DNA from: Limnohabitans sp.
GTDB taxonomy: Bacteria; Pseudomonadota; Gammaproteobacteria; Burkholderiales; Burkholderiaceae_C
Length of the DNA: 43,741 nt
Direction of reading: 5' to 3'
Assembly (NCBI GenBank): GCA_051006815.1
Contig: JBPCSU010000170.1
Span: 1 to 43,741 of the forward strand
The position numbers and the translations under genes are program-made. Of the stretch, positions 41,828 to 43,741 are shown one piece after another. The first letter of the stretch is position 1. The number at the start of each line of letters is the position of its first letter. Under the pieces are notes generated by a model, which worked only from the letters and a program-made list of their open reading frames with translations, searched no databases and was not told the DNA's origin.

Positions 41828-41854
41828 GCAAAGGCTCATGTGTTGAGCCTTTGC
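41828..41854. repeat. Perfect 11-bp inverted repeat
   Basis: GCAAAGGCTCA-TGTGT-TGAGCCTTTGC just after the remnant's stop codon; no U-tract. Confidence 0.7.
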
Positions 41855-41893
41855 TCAGTCAGACTATGGGAAATTGAATAGAAGGGATAACAA

Positions 41894-42385
41894 ATGACAG
41901 CGCAAGCAGCAGAAGTCTTGATTCACAAGGGCGAGAAGCTTTCTCTTTGCACCAATCCACTAGGCGCTTACCTAAAAAGTGCATGCAATCCAGTGCGTTT
42001 CACTGCAACCTCTACTGCTTTATGGCGGGGTTATGTCGGCACCTGGGCAATTGAGGGTGGGCGGTTGTATTTAGTCAAGCTGAGAGGCTATATCAATAAG
42101 GGCGGTGAAGATGGACCGATTGATGAAGTTGACCTGTCTCATGTGTTCCCCGACTATCCAGATGGTGTGTTCGCGCATTGGTACACCGGGGAGCTTCGTT
42201 GCCCCATGGGGGAGCTATTGAACTATGTGCATGGTGGTTACGGCAGTACCTATGAACAAGATCTTTTCATTGAGATCGAGAAGGGGGTTGTTTTGAGTGA
42301 ACGTGTCGAAGGTAACGGTGTTGGTACTGGTAAAGGCGGCAATGGTTACAGCATTGGGGCGATGACAACTTTTGGAAGAGGTTGA
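41894..42385 (+). CDS. Conserved hypothetical protein (MTAQ...STALWRGY type)
   Basis: SD-like AAGGGA; motif-rich sequence (STALWRGYVGTW.I...LYL, VFAHWYTG.L, VHGGYGSTYE). Confidence 0.8.
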   Translation: MTAQAAEVLIHKGEKLSLCTNPLGAYLKSACNPVRFTATSTALWRGYVGTWAIEGGRLYLVKLRGYINKGGEDGPIDEVDLSHVFPDYPDGVFAHWYTGELRCPMGELLNYVHGGYGSTYEQDLFIEIEKGVVLSERVEGNGVGTGKGGNGYSIGAMTTFGRG

Positions 42386-42447
42386 TATGTTGATTTGGAC
42401 ACTGTTGGCCTTCTTTGTTAAGCCATCCAAGCGTGAGGAGCGAGTTG

Positions 42448-43050
42448 ATGCCTGAAAGCTATTTGGATTTGTTCTGGCTTTATCTCGGCATTGGTGCAAT
42501 TACTTTTCCAGTCTTGAGATTGCTGGTCTATGTGTTTCATCGCAAGGAAAGTCCATCCGTGTGGGCGCAAGAAGTGATGACGGCACTGGAGAAAGAAAAA
42601 ACACTTCTAGATCGGGTTAAGAAAACGTTTGTGTGGTTCGGCTCGGTGATGTTATTTTGCTTGATTTGGCCGGTCGCGCTGTTGGTTGCAGCGTATGCAA
42701 CATTTTTTGATAAACCTGCACCGAAGTACAGATCAGATGAGCCTAGTTTTACTTGCCAGAAAGATAGCTTGATCAAGCAAGTCAATCCGCTTGAGGTGGA
42801 GGCGGCTAGCTACATCACTGATCCGTTGGGTCGGGTGCCCAATCTGCCTTTTGGACACCTTCACCAAGGCTGGATTAATTTGTTGGCTCAGTTAGAGCCC
42901 GATGATCAGCTTTGGTCGTTTGCCACCAAGGGATGGTCAATTAAGCCAGGTCATTCGCCAAAGTATTCCAAACCGTGTGATGTTTATTCAGGGTTTGCAA
43001 TTGTTCGAAATAAGAAAGTAGTTGCAGAGTTCATCTGCGGCTGGGACTGA
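42448..43050 (+). CDS. Hypothetical membrane protein (two N-terminal TM helices plus soluble domain)
   Basis: SD GAGGAG before ATG 42448; soluble part contains DPLG.VP.LPFGHL..GW and D.LWSF. Confidence 0.75.
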   Translation: MPESYLDLFWLYLGIGAITFPVLRLLVYVFHRKESPSVWAQEVMTALEKEKTLLDRVKKTFVWFGSVMLFCLIWPVALLVAAYATFFDKPAPKYRSDEPSFTCQKDSLIKQVNPLEVEAASYITDPLGRVPNLPFGHLHQGWINLLAQLEPDDQLWSFATKGWSIKPGHSPKYSKPCDVYSGFAIVRNKKVVAEFICGWD

Positions 43051-43061
43051 GTGAGTACAAA

Positions 43062-43580
43062 ATGAAAATTGAAGTCGTCGTTGGCAACATCGTGATGCAG
43101 CCAGATGTGGATGCCTTAGTCAATTCTGCCAATGCCAATCTGAGGCTTGGTTCGGGCGTGGCAGGTGCGATACATACAGCAGCCGGACCAGAGTTGGAAA
43201 AGTTCTGCAAACCATTTGCGCCCCTCGAACTCGGCGCAGCACTAATTACACCGGGGTTTAGCTTGGCTAACCCTTGGATCATTCACGTACGAGCAGCGCA
43301 TTACATTTTGAACACTGAGCCAGAGCGATACATGGCCTTTGCGATGTTTTCAATGCTCAACACAGCAAGAGATAACGGCATCAAGTCTTTGGCTATGCCT
43401 GCCATCGGCACAGGTGTTTTTAAGTTCCCTCCCATCCTTGCTGCACGGATAACTGCCAAAGCGCTGAAAGAGTTCGAACGAAAGTCAGATGCAATTGACT
43501 TAGTCCGAATTTGCGTGGTCAGCGAAGAATTACGGCAGTTGTATGAATCTGCGGTCGCTTTGGTTGGAGATCATCCTTGA
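43062..43580 (+). CDS. Macrodomain protein (ADP-ribose binding/hydrolase)
   Basis: IEVVVGNI, DALVNSANANL..GSGVAGAIH.AAG, SLAMPAIGTGVF.FP. Confidence 0.9.
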   Translation: MKIEVVVGNIVMQPDVDALVNSANANLRLGSGVAGAIHTAAGPELEKFCKPFAPLELGAALITPGFSLANPWIIHVRAAHYILNTEPERYMAFAMFSMLNTARDNGIKSLAMPAIGTGVFKFPPILAARITAKALKEFERKSDAIDLVRICVVSEELRQLYESAVALVGDHP

Positions 43581-43741
43581 GTACTCAGGCCGAAAAAGAG
43601 GGCAATGTTCCCAGTTCATCGAAGAGAGTAGGTGCCTGTGTTGGCCTTGCACTAGCGTTCGTTGCAATAGTTGGCTTGGTTTTAAATGTCCTATTGCCTT
43701 GGAACGCCTTCCTTACAGGGATTTTGTACTTTGGCCTGGAT
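43577..43741 (+). CDS. Hypothetical membrane protein, 5' part (runs off the window)
   Basis: TTG overlapping the macrodomain TGA, with SD GGAGA. Translation MSTQAEKEGNVPSSSKRVGACVGLALAFVAIVGLVLNVLLPWNAFLTGILYFGLD is open to the edge. Confidence 0.55.
   Translation, partial: MSTQAEKEGNVPSSSKRVGACVGLALAFVAIVGLVLNVLLPWNAFLTGILYFGLD

Larger units (their letters stand above)
39840..43741. mobile_element. Accessory region / genomic islet at tRNA-Ser (continues beyond the window)
   Basis: Visible drop in GC and change in codon style right after tRNA-Ser; non-core genes and a gene remnant. No integrase or att repeat seen in the window. Confidence 0.55.

Noticed and set aside
42387-42455. 22-aa ORF MLIWTLLAFFVKPSKREERVDA between island genes
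   Set aside because: Too short to support; it may be a gene remnant or chance, despite a GAGG upstream.
39799-43741. Prophage, integrase, att duplication, integron attC sites or CRISPR array
   Set aside because: No recombinase ORF, no repeat of the tRNA-Ser 3' end, no attC cores around the 41828-41854 hairpin, and no regularly spaced repeats seen.

Overview
Chromosomal window of a Betaproteobacterium. Gene order and sequence style suggest Comamonadaceae, possibly Limnohabitans-like (inference). Most of it is core genome: trmL, comF, bioC-like, an aa3-type cytochrome c oxidase cluster, rpoH, ftsY, rsmD, coaD, pth, rplY, prs, tRNA-Gln, ispE, lolB, mutM, mutY, rapZ, recN, nadK, hrcA, tRNA-Ile2, tRNA-Arg, greB, spoT, rpoZ, gmk, yicC, rph, rdgB, hemW and tRNA-Ser. 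A lower-GC accessory region follows tRNA-Ser, holding a NERD nuclease-helicase, a gene remnant, hypothetical proteins and a macrodomain protein. The most unusual signal is the oxidase locus (2158-13455). Subunit I keeps its metal ligands and the main D-channel residues, but the K-channel Thr and Lys are both Leu (MLISLPLAVLFFCW versus canonical MLIAVPTGVKIFNW). Subunit II lacks the K-channel entry Glu and any C-terminal heme c domain. A separate 76-aa gene just upstream encodes a subunit-II-like two-helix unit that does carry that Glu motif. A perfect FNR box lies between this operon and a divergent ctaA-cytochrome c operon. Other notable items are a small Cys-rich orphan gene with tandem LexA boxes, divergent from CIRCE-controlled rpoH, and a back-to-back junction of two apparently 5'-truncated genes in the island. 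All calls were made by eye from motifs; no database searches were run.
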